From contig OZ244999.1 in NCBI GenBank assembly GCA_965223265.1, positions 3,232,001 to 3,296,000 of the forward strand: a stretch of DNA of 64,000 nucleotides, given 5' to 3'. A program made the position numbers and the translations under genes. Positions 39,868 to 50,199 of the stretch are shown here, in pieces (positions within the stretch are counted from its first letter, which is position 1; each line of letters starts with the position of its first letter). The DNA is from Planctomycetota bacterium (GTDB taxonomy: Bacteria > Planctomycetota > UBA8108 > SXIK01). Below the pieces are notes generated by a model, which was not told where the DNA came from, searched no databases, and saw only the letters and a program-made list of their open reading frames with translations.

Positions 39868-40591
39868 ACGTGGACGGTTCGATACGGCGCGACGTCGTCG
39901 GCGCGGAGGTCTCGGACGGCGTCAGACGGACCGAAGCGACGGAGGACTGCGGTGGCGTGGCTCCTACGGATTTACCCTCATCGAGATCCTCGTCGTCATC
40001 ACCATCATTTCGATCTTGATGGGACTTGCATTGGTAGGAATCAACGCTGCCCGTGGTCGCGGCGACGTCGCTGCGGTGCGCGCCGAGTTGCAGAGCTTTC
40101 GTGCTGCTGCGCAGCAATTTCGACAGGAGATGGGAGATTTTCCGCCGTCACAACTGCACGACGTCGGAAGCGAGTTGATCGGCAATGGTCTCAACGATGG
40201 AAACGAAAGCCTTTTTCTCTTTCTCATGAGTCGTCGACTCGGCGAGCCGCTCTTCGAGCCGCGCGAAGACCGCTGGGTGAACACCGACAGCGACACTTTC
40301 ACCGGCACCCAGCTGCCGAAGGTGCAGAAGGAAGTCCAACCCGTGCACTCGACCGAGAAGCGGCTCGAATATTCCGATCTGTGGGGCAATCCGTTCGTTT
40401 ACATTCACAATCGCGACTATGGCTCTTCATTCGACTACATGACGTCGGAGGGTGAAGTCTTCACGGTGCAGGCGCAGAAGAACCCACAGACGGGGACCTT
40501 TTACGCGCCGACCAGTTTTCAGCTCTGGTCCCTGGGCGGCGACGGCATCAACCAGAACGGTGGAGGAGACGACATCGTCAGTTGGGAATGA
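39854..40591 (+). CDS. Major pseudopilin, GspG-like
   Basis: G|FTLIEILVVITII class III signal, GDFP, DLWGNPFVY, FQLWSLGGDG....DDI C-terminus. Confidence 0.9.
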   Translation: MKGIERGRFDTARRRRRGGLGRRQTDRSDGGLRWRGSYGFTLIEILVVITIISILMGLALVGINAARGRGDVAAVRAELQSFRAAAQQFRQEMGDFPPSQLHDVGSELIGNGLNDGNESLFLFLMSRRLGEPLFEPREDRWVNTDSDTFTGTQLPKVQKEVQPVHSTEKRLEYSDLWGNPFVYIHNRDYGSSFDYMTSEGEVFTVQAQKNPQTGTFYAPTSFQLWSLGGDGINQNGGGDDIVSWE

Positions 40592-42090
40592 GACTGTGCA
40601 GCAGCAAACGTTTGAGTCAGAAGTCAACCTTGCTTTCAAGTGGCGGCCGTGATCTGCATCGCTCGGTGGATTGCACCTCCGCGATCGCAGCTCCACATGG
40701 GCATTCGGCCGTGCGCAGACGCACCACGAGTGCCGACGACAGGTACTTGTCTCACGAGCTCGTGGCGCGGCGTTCGCTGGCAGGTTGTTTCTGGGCATCG
40801 TGGCTGCTTCGAAGTGGCGGGGGCGAGAGCGGCGCCCGAGCCCAGCATCCGCATCGGTGCTCCGGCTTCACGCTTGCTGAGTTGCTGGTTGTTGTCGCCA
40901 TCATTGGCGTGATCGGCGGTCTGGGAGCTGGAGCTTTCTTCACCGCTCGAAGGCAGTATGCGATCCATGGGAGCGTGGGTGAGATTCAGGCGATATTGCG
41001 AGCAGCTCGCAACTCTGCGGTTGCGACCGGCAACCCTACGGTTGTGGAGGTGGAGCCAACGTCTCGAAAAGTCTCCACGAGACTCTTCAATCCAGTTGGA
41101 GAATGGAGCTTTGAGACCGGCGGTGAACGGACGAGACGGGGCAACCTCGTCGTCCGACGCGAGACGAGCGTGAACGTTGAAGTCGCAGCGGGGCCAGTCG
41201 GGGACGCGATCAAGATCGGTAGCCAAGGGGGACACGTTGATTGTGGCAGTGAGGCGCGGTTTGACTTGCGGACAAGCCTGGCTATCGAAGCTTGGGTACG
41301 ACACGATCTCTCGCCGTCCCCCAAGTTCTTCACCAAAGCAGAATCCAAGCGTTCCCGTCGTCGCCTTGGCGCGCGTACGCGCCGGGAAACGCAAGGAGGA
41401 AAAGCCCGCCACGGTCGAGTGATCGTGCAGAAAAAGGGTGCTTATGGTCTTTCGATGCGGGACGACGGCACACTTGTTGGCATGCTTGGAGACGTCCGAG
41501 TCGTGACCACGGCGCCGGTCGTGCCTCCTGGACGTTGGGTGCATGTGGCGCTGGTGTTCGATGGAGGGAAGGTAACGATCCTTGGCGACCGCGTGCCACG
41601 TGGCTGGCGTGTTGAAGCTCCAAGAAAAGACTCAGAGCCGCCAGCGCTTCTACCCGTGGTCGCGGAACCGTTGACGATTTCAGCGCGTGAGGCACCGTTT
41701 CCAGGGGTGATCGACGAGGTGCGTCTTTCTGGGAGCGTTGAACCGCTTGTTTTTGTTTGTCCCGAGACGCAGCAGCTAGTCGGTTGGAGAAAGTCGATTC
41801 ATTTCGACGCGCGTGGACATCTCGATGCCCAGTTTCACGAAGACCCGATACGGTTGACGCTCGTTGAGTTACCGCAAGGGTGGACCTCCGAGACATCCAC
41901 GGAGGCGACTGGTACGGCCGTCGCCATGGATTTTACCGTCTCGTTTGAAGTGTGGCGAGCTCGCTGGGACGATCCTCCCGACGATCTGAGCGAGTTGGGA
42001 GAAGAGGCGAAAATCCTTGCAGGATTTGGCGCGGCGACTCAGCGCACGGTGACGATCGGCAGGCTCGGGTACGTCGAGCCGGAGGCGTGA
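40588..42090 (+). CDS. Minor pilin (GspH/FimT-like) with a LamG domain
   Basis: G|FTLAELLVVVAIIG, LRAARNSAV, LamG motifs IEAWVR, WVHVALVFDG, FPGVIDEVRL; start uncertain. Confidence 0.85.
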   Translation: MRLCSSKRLSQKSTLLSSGGRDLHRSVDCTSAIAAPHGHSAVRRRTTSADDRYLSHELVARRSLAGCFWASWLLRSGGGESGARAQHPHRCSGFTLAELLVVVAIIGVIGGLGAGAFFTARRQYAIHGSVGEIQAILRAARNSAVATGNPTVVEVEPTSRKVSTRLFNPVGEWSFETGGERTRRGNLVVRRETSVNVEVAAGPVGDAIKIGSQGGHVDCGSEARFDLRTSLAIEAWVRHDLSPSPKFFTKAESKRSRRRLGARTRRETQGGKARHGRVIVQKKGAYGLSMRDDGTLVGMLGDVRVVTTAPVVPPGRWVHVALVFDGGKVTILGDRVPRGWRVEAPRKDSEPPALLPVVAEPLTISAREAPFPGVIDEVRLSGSVEPLVFVCPETQQLVGWRKSIHFDARGHLDAQFHEDPIRLTLVELPQGWTSETSTEATGTAVAMDFTVSFEVWRARWDDPPDDLSELGEEAKILAGFGAATQRTVTIGRLGYVEPEA

Positions 42091-42092
42091 AG

Positions 42093-45000
42093 ATGGACGC
42101 GCGGCGCGATCACATCGATCACATCGAAAACATCGATCACAAGCTCCGCAGTGACCTTTCTGGTCGACGCAACGGGAAACGTCGCGGCGCGGCTCTGATT
42201 ATGGTACTCGTCGTGCTGACGATCCTTCTGCTCGTCGGCGCACCGTTCGTTTCGACGATGATCGTGCAGGACCGAGAGTCGCATCATTTTTCTGCGGCGG
42301 TGAAAGCACGACTAGCGGCTGAGGGCGCACGCAACCACGCCATCGCGCGACTACACGAGACAGTCTATGCGGTGGAGTGGGAAGAGGAAATCGCCAACAC
42401 CGAGGCGGTCGACACAACGGGAAGACGCAGGCGACTCGCCGCGCGCAGCAGTTCCCCTCGGCGTGAAGAGGTGCGTGGCAATCGCGAAGGGACGCGCCGC
42501 GACCGTCGTGAGAACTCGACGCGTCGACAGCGATCTCGGCGCAACAGGAAGGCGCCAACCTCGAACGTGCCCGCGCTCCCGGAGTACTTTCGTCGTTCCA
42601 CCGCTGGACCGTCGGCGCGCGAGTTCGACGATGGCGATGAGCTTGTAACGGCTCTCCCGGCTGAGGGGGCTGCCGAACGATCGTCGCAGAATGCGCCAGG
42701 TGTTTCCGAGACCGACTCTCCGACCGGTGAGTATCGGACCGCGACGGCGAACTCCCATGCGGGCTCGGCTTCTCACCTGCCGCTGTTCGGCGATGGCGTT
42801 ACGGCAACCGTTTCCGTCAGCGATGAGCAGGCGAAGTTGAACGTCAATACAGCACCTCCGCGAGCGATCGCGTCGCTTCTCGCAGTGGGCGAACTCGCCG
42901 AGCCGCTCGAACCCGCGGACACCGAGATTGTTCTTGTTGACGGCCGCCGCTTTCGCAGCGAACCCGTACGGCGGGGAGCACCGATCCGCGACGAAAAGGT
43001 CACAGGGGAACGGCAGAAAACTTCCGCGCGGCGCGCTCGACGGCTTCGGAGTGGCCTGGCTCGCATTGCCGGTGCCGTGATTCTCGTGGACCCGGAAGTC
43101 GGGCTGGAAGCCGTCACCTACCAGCGAAGAAAGGGCGACGTGCTGGCGGACTGCTTCCGCCACGCTTTTTTTACCCGCGCGACAGTAACGAAGAAGACGT
43201 TTCCGGCTGGCACTCTGGTCTATGACGTGCGCGGTTGGAAGCTCGGCTACCATCGCTTGTGGAATGAGCCGCTTGGCGGATTTCAACCCGCTCGCCTGAC
43301 GGTTTTTCGTTCCGTCGAAGCGCTGCGCGAGATCTCTAACTGGCAGCTGGCCTCGCTGTTTCTTGGACGCTTTCTCGATCAAGGCCTGAGCGTCGAGTTC
43401 TTGCGGAAGCACGGTGTTAGCTCTGCACAGCTCGCCGCAACCGGCCTCGAACCGTTCCTTTACTCCTCTGACCCGCCGCAGCCGAGTCGAGAGGACCGAG
43501 CCCGACTGCGGATCGCTGAGAGATCTTTGAGGCGCGTTCGATTCAGCTCCGATCTCGTCTCGAAGTTGCGACAGCAGCGCGGCGTCGCGGCTGTGGTCGA
43601 ACTTGCCTCCCGCCTTGAGGGCGCCACCAGAACAGACGTGCGCCGCGAGGAGTCGGAAGTGAAGCGGAGTCTCGGTAAGACTCGGCGGGTTGTTCAGTTT
43701 GACGGGCGATACGTGAGCGACGTCATCGACAATCTTGCGGAGGTCTACGCGAGCCCGGGTGTCGAGACTCTCTTGGCGGAGGACGTTGAGCGCATCCGCC
43801 CGCATGTGACCGTCTCATCCACGCTTCCTGCCCGTTGGTCGGAACCGCAAACTGTGCAAAACTCGGGCAAAAAGGGGGCAGGAAGGCGGAACGTCCGTCT
43901 GCCGTGGGGAGGCGAGTTCAACGGCGCCACCATCGTGCGGATCAGCAGTCGGAAGGACCCTGACCGTTTCTTTTTCAACGAGGTGAGTCGCGGCGGTGTC
44001 GGCGGCATCCGACTCGCGATGCCGCTGCGCACCCGCATCGAGGAGTTCGATACGACGGTCGCGGCGTTGCAGCGCCATCCCGTCAACGTCAATGCCGCAG
44101 CACCGGCGGTTCTGCGTGCGGTTTTCACCGGAGTGAGGGGCGCTGGCGAAGACCAGGTGGTGACCCCCTACGAGGCAGATCAATTGGTGCGGCGTGTCGT
44201 CGAGTCGCGGCCACTGACGGGGCACGCGGATTTCCTGGAACTGCTCGAAGAGGCAGCAGCAGACGAGATCGTGAGCAGTGACGACGTCGCAACTCTGTTC
44301 GCAAACGCCGTGCAGCCAACTCATCACATTCTTCGAGCATCAACTGTCGGTCTGTGCTATTCCACCGGTGATGTCTACACCATCGAGTCTCGCGCCGTCG
44401 TGCGCGCAGCGATGGGTGGGCGCGTAGGAGCGGCACAATTTCGCGAGATCGTCGAACCATCACCACCTCGACGCCTGAGCGTCGGTCTTGATACACAGAG
44501 AGATTTCGCTGACGGCATCTTTCTATACGATCAAGCAGTAGGTGTACGTATTGGAGAGAACCATCGTACGCACCTGATCGGTTTTCCTGGTGTGCGATCG
44601 CATCTCGTGCAGACGAGGCCTTTGCTTCTCCATCGCGCGCCGCGCTCTATTCCGGGAGGTGATCGGAGCGGACTTCGGTTGTTCCCGGCTTCAGCTTCCT
44701 TACCGCGGGGTGAAGTTGTCGGTGACGTTCTCCGTTTCGACGATACCCACGAAGGAATCGAGCTCGCACATGGCGAATCGTACCTCCTTGACTTTAGCCT
44801 TGGCGGAGGTGATGACGGTGAATTGATCGACCTCACAACGATTCCGGCGGCTGTGGAGTTTTGGTTTCGACTGCGAACGTTCCCCACGGCGCGTAGTCCC
44901 GACGGGCTTCTTGTTCTACTGCAAGGTGGCGCCGTGGGTGATGAGGGGCGCAATCGCATGCGTCTACTGTTCGATCCGTCCCGCTCCCTGGTGCTTCTAC

Positions 45001-48000
45001 GCCTTTGGGATGCGACTCTATTCGACCCGTCCATTCCCAACGACGACGTTTTAGGGCAGTATTTGGAGATCCGGGCACCGCGATCGATTGACCTCGCGAC
45101 GTGGTACCACGTTCGCGCCGTGTGGGATTCTGTCGCGCCTGGCGGCGCCCAGCTTTTTATCGATGGGGTCAGTTCCGGGACGACGAATCTCACCACCCGG
45201 CTGGCGCGTGCGCTGGCCCTGGATGGAGGCGGGGGTGGAGGGGCGTTCACCGTTGAAGATGGTGAGCGATTGCCGCGTGAGGGCGTGGTGCGAATTGGAT
45301 CGGAGCTTGTGGAGTATCGGCGCAGTGGGAATCAATTCGCCGTGCGCGTGCAGCCGGCGTCCTCGTGGCGACCGCCCGCACGGAAGCTTCGCGAGTTCCG
45401 TGAAGCTGGCGAAGTGCCCACTGACGACAGAGACGAGGACGCCGTCGGCGCAGCCAAGACTCGTGATGCACTGCCCGGCGTCGCTGCGTTGGGGGTCGCA
45501 GCGGCAGCGGCTGTGACGTCTCCGACCCAACCGATGCTCATGAGAGGTTCAGCGAATGGGCGCGGCACCATCGGCAGCGAACATCCGATCGGCAGCCAGG
45601 TGGCGCTGCATGGCTATTCGCTTCCGCTGGCGCCGTTGGCTTCTTTGCCGTCGACGCAGGGAGTCGTGCCACGTCTCAGCGCCAACTCCATCGCGGTTGG
45701 CCGCGGTGGACGCCGAACAGCAGACATTCTGCCCGCTTACGTGATTCCACAAGGCGACTACGATCTCTCCAATCTTCACATCTCCCGGGCGGACATCCCC
45801 GGAGAATTTTACATCGTGCCGCTTTTTTGGCGCGACACTGTTGAAGTGAGAGCGGGCGTTTCGAGCGTCGCGTTTCCAGCGCTCAAGGCGGCGGATTTTT
45901 TTCAGTCAAGTGGCATCTGCGCCTACGGCGGTTTCGAGTTCTTCTACGTCAAGGCAGCCGTGCCGCCCACTTACATCCGCGAATTGCGCAATCATCCTCT
46001 CGCGATCGACGTCGACAGCGGCGCGATTGACGGCTTGAAGGTTGTCGGTGTCTATACCCGTGATAGTGCTTCGGCCACTTCTGTCGACGAAGCGCGTGAG
46101 CTTTTGGACGAAGTGCAAGGCGTTGGTTTCCGTCTGCTGTATCCACTCACCCAGCTCTCTCTCGCCGTCGATGGCCCGATCGCCGAGCTCTACCCGCAGT
46201 CAGGCGTGCTCCAGGTTCGAGGCCGACCGGCTGAGTGGGATATCAGCGGCGGCGCGGGACCGCGTCCGAGTCTTCTCGGGCAGTCGATCTTCGACCATCA
46301 TCCAGACGATGTGGTCGAGTGGATCCGCTACACCCATGTCGTCGACGCGAGTGTCGGCGGGCAGCCGTTTCATCTCTTCGTGGCGCCGCCGACTTCGACC
46401 TCCCGTGAGGGCGGCAGAGATTTGCCGTTTCGCGGTTTCGAATCCGACCCGCTGCAGAGACGGACGTTGACCCTACCGATCGGTGAGGCTGTGACACAAG
46501 TCCTGGCGCTGGATGGGGCCGGTGCCGGCTACGGAGACTACGTCACACTCGTCGGCAACGATCCCACCAAGGTAGAGCCGCAAACGCTACGGATTCATAC
46601 GGTCCGGGAGCATCGCTCCGGGCTCTTTTTTGCGTCACTGGTCGCCGTCGACGGCAGCGGACGTGAGGTCTCAGGATCACGCGCGTCGCTCCGACACACC
46701 TACAGGATCGAAGACGAGGTGCGGATTGAAAAGTTCCCCAGCGGGCGCCTACCGGAACACGGGGTTGGCAAAGCTGTCTTTTTCGGCGGACTCGACGTCG
46801 CCGCCAGCCGCACATCTGTTACGCAAGACGGCGCACCGGCGCAGCAGAGCGAGTACCGTGACGAAACTCGTGGAACGGTGCTCGACGAGATCATTCGACT
46901 ACGTAATAGCGATGCTTTTACGACGCTCTCCGGGCAGCGTATGTCGACATCTGGCTTCGCCCTCGTACCACTGCGAGACGGTAACATCATCTTGCGGCAA
47001 AGCGGGGATCGGCATCACATCGCCGGGACGATCTCTGCCGACGAGGAGATCTCGGTGTCCAATCCGCTCGAAGTCATGTTGGTGGGGACGGAGAGCATTC
47101 TCTTTCCGTTCGCGCGCGGACGCCAAGAAGGTGTTTTGCGCGTCGGAGACGAGCTTTTCTACTTCGAAGCGGATGAGGCTGCTGAGTTGGCCTCGGCGAC
47201 GACCAACAACCCAAAACCTCGCAGCGCGAGCCGCGGTGAATGGCGTCAGCCGCTTCTTCGGCAGTCAGGCAATGAGCGCATTCAGGCCACCGTTCAGCGC
47301 GGCTTCCCGCGACGAGGCTTCGCGTCTCTCAGTGACGGATTGGGGCGCAGCGAAGTGTTCTACTACGGTGGACGATCGAGCAGTGGGTTTCGTCGCGTAC
47401 TCCGTGGACAGTTAGGTACCTCAGTTTTGGGTCGGTACGGCTCTCTGCGGCAGCAACACCCCATCCGCGGTGCCTCGCGACAAGTTCGACTGATCGGTCG
47501 TGGGCTTCTCGGCACGACGAGAGAAACCCATAGCGTCGGAGACCCCGTATACTCGGTGCCTTACTTGACGGGATCGCCGTTGGCCGGCCCGTTGACGGAA
47601 ACGGGAATCCCGGTCACAAACAGTGCCGTGTTTCGCTCGCCGGGGTACATTCTCGTCGATTCCGGACGGCCGTCGACGCCGTGGGAGATTATCGCCCACC
47701 TGGGTCCCTTCGGTGAGGGGATGTTACGCAGGCCACGTAGCGACGACGGACGCGGAATCCTTCGCGCGGCGTTCGGAACGCAGCCGCAGCCTGTCGGTCG
47801 TGGAACCTTCGCGTGGACACTTCCCTATCGCCATCCGGATCGATATCAGCCCGAGACCGCGAGCGAATCTCTGGCCTACTTTCAGAAGACTTTTCGAGTT
47901 TCTGGTGCGCGCTGGCGGGCTCTCGAGTGGACGCTGCGGCCGTGGTTCGGCGGTCGGGATCGCCGCGTCGATGTCGTCGCGCTTGTCCGGTTCGACGACG

Positions 48001-48281
48001 AGTCCAGTTGGGACGCAAAACCAACCAACAAGCCGGGTGGACTTTACTTCTTCGAAGTGGCCGATCGCAGACGAGGTGCGGACAAACCGGCACGGTTCGA
48101 ACTCGACCGCGAAGCCGACGAAGTCCACGTGCGTTTCTACTTTCGTTATCTCTCTGGTGCGTTCTCGCGAACCGGAGAAACCATCACAGATGACTGGAAA
48201 GAGACGCCAGTAATCGAGCGCGTGAACCTGGAGTACGAAAAAGGTGATGTGATCGTGCGTCACGAGGAGTTGCCGTTTTGA
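42093..48281 (+). CDS. Giant (about 2060 aa) GspK/PilX-like minor pseudopilin with LamG and repeated beta modules
   Basis: RRG|AALIMVLVVL (no Glu5, as in GspK/PilX), ARLAAEGA, DEQAKLNVNTA, second PVNVNAA, YTIESRA, LamG (VEFWFR, WYHVRAVWD, LFIDG). Confidence 0.85.
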   Translation: MDARRDHIDHIENIDHKLRSDLSGRRNGKRRGAALIMVLVVLTILLLVGAPFVSTMIVQDRESHHFSAAVKARLAAEGARNHAIARLHETVYAVEWEEEIANTEAVDTTGRRRRLAARSSSPRREEVRGNREGTRRDRRENSTRRQRSRRNRKAPTSNVPALPEYFRRSTAGPSAREFDDGDELVTALPAEGAAERSSQNAPGVSETDSPTGEYRTATANSHAGSASHLPLFGDGVTATVSVSDEQAKLNVNTAPPRAIASLLAVGELAEPLEPADTEIVLVDGRRFRSEPVRRGAPIRDEKVTGERQKTSARRARRLRSGLARIAGAVILVDPEVGLEAVTYQRRKGDVLADCFRHAFFTRATVTKKTFPAGTLVYDVRGWKLGYHRLWNEPLGGFQPARLTVFRSVEALREISNWQLASLFLGRFLDQGLSVEFLRKHGVSSAQLAATGLEPFLYSSDPPQPSREDRARLRIAERSLRRVRFSSDLVSKLRQQRGVAAVVELASRLEGATRTDVRREESEVKRSLGKTRRVVQFDGRYVSDVIDNLAEVYASPGVETLLAEDVERIRPHVTVSSTLPARWSEPQTVQNSGKKGAGRRNVRLPWGGEFNGATIVRISSRKDPDRFFFNEVSRGGVGGIRLAMPLRTRIEEFDTTVAALQRHPVNVNAAAPAVLRAVFTGVRGAGEDQVVTPYEADQLVRRVVESRPLTGHADFLELLEEAAADEIVSSDDVATLFANAVQPTHHILRASTVGLCYSTGDVYTIESRAVVRAAMGGRVGAAQFREIVEPSPPRRLSVGLDTQRDFADGIFLYDQAVGVRIGENHRTHLIGFPGVRSHLVQTRPLLLHRAPRSIPGGDRSGLRLFPASASLPRGEVVGDVLRFDDTHEGIELAHGESYLLDFSLGGGDDGELIDLTTIPAAVEFWFRLRTFPTARSPDGLLVLLQGGAVGDEGRNRMRLLFDPSRSLVLLRLWDATLFDPSIPNDDVLGQYLEIRAPRSIDLATWYHVRAVWDSVAPGGAQLFIDGVSSGTTNLTTRLARALALDGGGGGGAFTVEDGERLPREGVVRIGSELVEYRRSGNQFAVRVQPASSWRPPARKLREFREAGEVPTDDRDEDAVGAAKTRDALPGVAALGVAAAAAVTSPTQPMLMRGSANGRGTIGSEHPIGSQVALHGYSLPLAPLASLPSTQGVVPRLSANSIAVGRGGRRTADILPAYVIPQGDYDLSNLHISRADIPGEFYIVPLFWRDTVEVRAGVSSVAFPALKAADFFQSSGICAYGGFEFFYVKAAVPPTYIRELRNHPLAIDVDSGAIDGLKVVGVYTRDSASATSVDEARELLDEVQGVGFRLLYPLTQLSLAVDGPIAELYPQSGVLQVRGRPAEWDISGGAGPRPSLLGQSIFDHHPDDVVEWIRYTHVVDASVGGQPFHLFVAPPTSTSREGGRDLPFRGFESDPLQRRTLTLPIGEAVTQVLALDGAGAGYGDYVTLVGNDPTKVEPQTLRIHTVREHRSGLFFASLVAVDGSGREVSGSRASLRHTYRIEDEVRIEKFPSGRLPEHGVGKAVFFGGLDVAASRTSVTQDGAPAQQSEYRDETRGTVLDEIIRLRNSDAFTTLSGQRMSTSGFALVPLRDGNIILRQSGDRHHIAGTISADEEISVSNPLEVMLVGTESILFPFARGRQEGVLRVGDELFYFEADEAAELASATTNNPKPRSASRGEWRQPLLRQSGNERIQATVQRGFPRRGFASLSDGLGRSEVFYYGGRSSSGFRRVLRGQLGTSVLGRYGSLRQQHPIRGASRQVRLIGRGLLGTTRETHSVGDPVYSVPYLTGSPLAGPLTETGIPVTNSAVFRSPGYILVDSGRPSTPWEIIAHLGPFGEGMLRRPRSDDGRGILRAAFGTQPQPVGRGTFAWTLPYRHPDRYQPETASESLAYFQKTFRVSGARWRALEWTLRPWFGGRDRRVDVVALVRFDDESSWDAKPTNKPGGLYFFEVADRRRGADKPARFELDREADEVHVRFYFRYLSGAFSRTGETITDDWKETPVIERVNLEYEKGDVIVRHEELPF

Positions 48282-49594
48282 GCCTGCAAGTACACCGAGC
48301 CCGGTTACTTCGCACCGCAGAAGGCCGCCGCGGCTATACATTGATCGAGATGATGGTCGCGATCGGGTTGTTGGCGTTTTTCGGTAGCGGCCTGGTTGTT
48401 CTGCTGCGCCAATCGACTTCGCTGTGGCGATCCGCGGAGACCCGAGGACAAGCCTACGAGCAAGCGAGATCGCTGCTTGATCTCATTGCTTCGGATCTCC
48501 GCTCGGCCGTTGTGCGGGGGGGCGATGCGTATGACGACTCCTGGGTGCGGTTTGTCCTCGACAATGGAGTGAACGGGCAGACCCGACTGCGCTTCGTGCG
48601 CGCCATCGATGCAGAATTGAGTCAGCCGGGATTGCGTTACGCTGGGGAAATGGTCTCGACACGAGCTGCGGAGACGTTTCGTGGATACGTCAGAAAACTT
48701 CCGAAGGAACATGAAAAAGCGTCACGCTTGCGGTCTCCTTCCGGACTCATGGAGGTGTGTTATCTCACAGATCCGCGCTCCGATGTGCACGCGCTTTGGC
48801 GCGGCGTGAGAGCACCTATCGGCGGGCGCGACTCATTCTTCTTCGACGCCAACATTGAGAGTCCATCAACGAACAGGTCGGAACTGCGACGTCGCGGAAC
48901 GTCGCGGGACGTCACATCAGACACGTCGTCAGGGGCGCCAGAGAGTTCTGCTGTGAACAGAACTGCGTCACCGAGCGGAGCGCAAGACGAAAGCGTCGAT
49001 CCGGACCTTAGCAGTTTCGCTGCAGCGATTGCGGAGCACGTTTTGTACCTGGGCTTTCGCTGCGGCAACAGCACCACCACGGGGTGGCACGATGCACCAA
49101 CGAATTCACCGCCGACCGCACCTTCGGCCGTCTGGAACGCACATGCGAAGACCCGCGCGCGAACGCGTGGTGCTACAGATCGCAGAAGTGAAAGCGAAGA
49201 GAGTGCACCCCAGCATCGATTCCCGCAAGTTGTGGAAGTCACCGTCGTGATTGGCGAGCCCGAACAAACGCTTGGTCCTCGGCTCGCCAAGGCCCTCAGC
49301 ACGACCGATGTGGAGATTGAGCTCACGCGTCCTCTGCAACGATCCGACGACCGCGGTGATCCTTTCGTTCGTATCGGCAGTGAGTGGATTGCAGTCGAAG
49401 AGTTTCGTGGCAGCCGCCTGTTGATCGCAAGCGGCGGCCGCGGTGCACGGAAAACGGACGCCACCGATCACCCGCGCGGCGCGAGCGTGCATGCCGGGCG
49501 TCGCTTCAGGCGGTTCGTGTCGATCCCCGCAGCAAAGGGTCGATCCGTCGCAGAAGGCGAGGCGACACGACCAACCAGCGGGAGAAACAGATGA
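48278..49594 (+). CDS. Minor pilin (GspJ/PilW-like)
   Basis: G|YTLIEMMVAI, LDLIASDLRSA, EVCY, FPQVVEVTV; TTG start overlaps the previous stop. Confidence 0.85.
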   Translation: MSLQVHRARLLRTAEGRRGYTLIEMMVAIGLLAFFGSGLVVLLRQSTSLWRSAETRGQAYEQARSLLDLIASDLRSAVVRGGDAYDDSWVRFVLDNGVNGQTRLRFVRAIDAELSQPGLRYAGEMVSTRAAETFRGYVRKLPKEHEKASRLRSPSGLMEVCYLTDPRSDVHALWRGVRAPIGGRDSFFFDANIESPSTNRSELRRRGTSRDVTSDTSSGAPESSAVNRTASPSGAQDESVDPDLSSFAAAIAEHVLYLGFRCGNSTTTGWHDAPTNSPPTAPSAVWNAHAKTRARTRGATDRRSESEESAPQHRFPQVVEVTVVIGEPEQTLGPRLAKALSTTDVEIELTRPLQRSDDRGDPFVRIGSEWIAVEEFRGSRLLIASGGRGARKTDATDHPRGASVHAGRRFRRFVSIPAAKGRSVAEGEATRPTSGRNR

Positions 49595-50094
49595 GGCTCC
49601 CGGAGCTCTGGCGCGCGGCGGCGAGTCCTCTGACGTCCACGACGGACGCGGAGTGGATTCACTCTAGCCCTTACGCCATGAAGGTCCCATGCCGTCGTCG
49701 CGACGCGAATGCCGGTTTCTCGCTGACCGAAATCCTCATCGCGCTGTTGATTTTGGCGCTAGGCGCGGGCGGAGTGATCTCACTCTTCGTCAGCGCCTCG
49801 TCACTACACAGACGAGCTGTCGATCGTACTCATGCTGCACTGGTCGCCGAGGAAGTGGCTGAGACCGCACGTCTTGCCTTCACTCCGGAGACGAAACCGA
49901 ATGAGCTGATCGAGCGCGTGCGTGCGCGTTTGCCGCAGGTCATCGACACCTACACGTACGAGATCGAGGCGACGCCACTCGTTGGCGATGGCTGGGGAGA
50001 GGGGGAGGTCAGACTGCGCGTCGTCGTGCGCCGCGAAGGCAGTAGCGACGCGCGAGCCGAAACTTTCTCGACGATCCTGCTGCCGCGGTGGTAG
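49591..50094 (+). CDS. Minor pilin (GspI/PilV-like)
   Basis: G|FSLTEILIALLILALG; ATGA overlap with the previous gene (alternative start 49678). Confidence 0.85.
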   Translation: MRLPELWRAAASPLTSTTDAEWIHSSPYAMKVPCRRRDANAGFSLTEILIALLILALGAGGVISLFVSASSLHRRAVDRTHAALVAEEVAETARLAFTPETKPNELIERVRARLPQVIDTYTYEIEATPLVGDGWGEGEVRLRVVVRREGSSDARAETFSTILLPRW

Positions 50095-50199
50095 GGTCCA
50101 TGTGACTGTGAATCTGTGCGTTCCTGCGGTGACAAGGCCGCTTTTGTTTCGGCGAGGTGAACGCCGGAGCGGTGGTCGAATACAGGATCGGAGAGTGTT

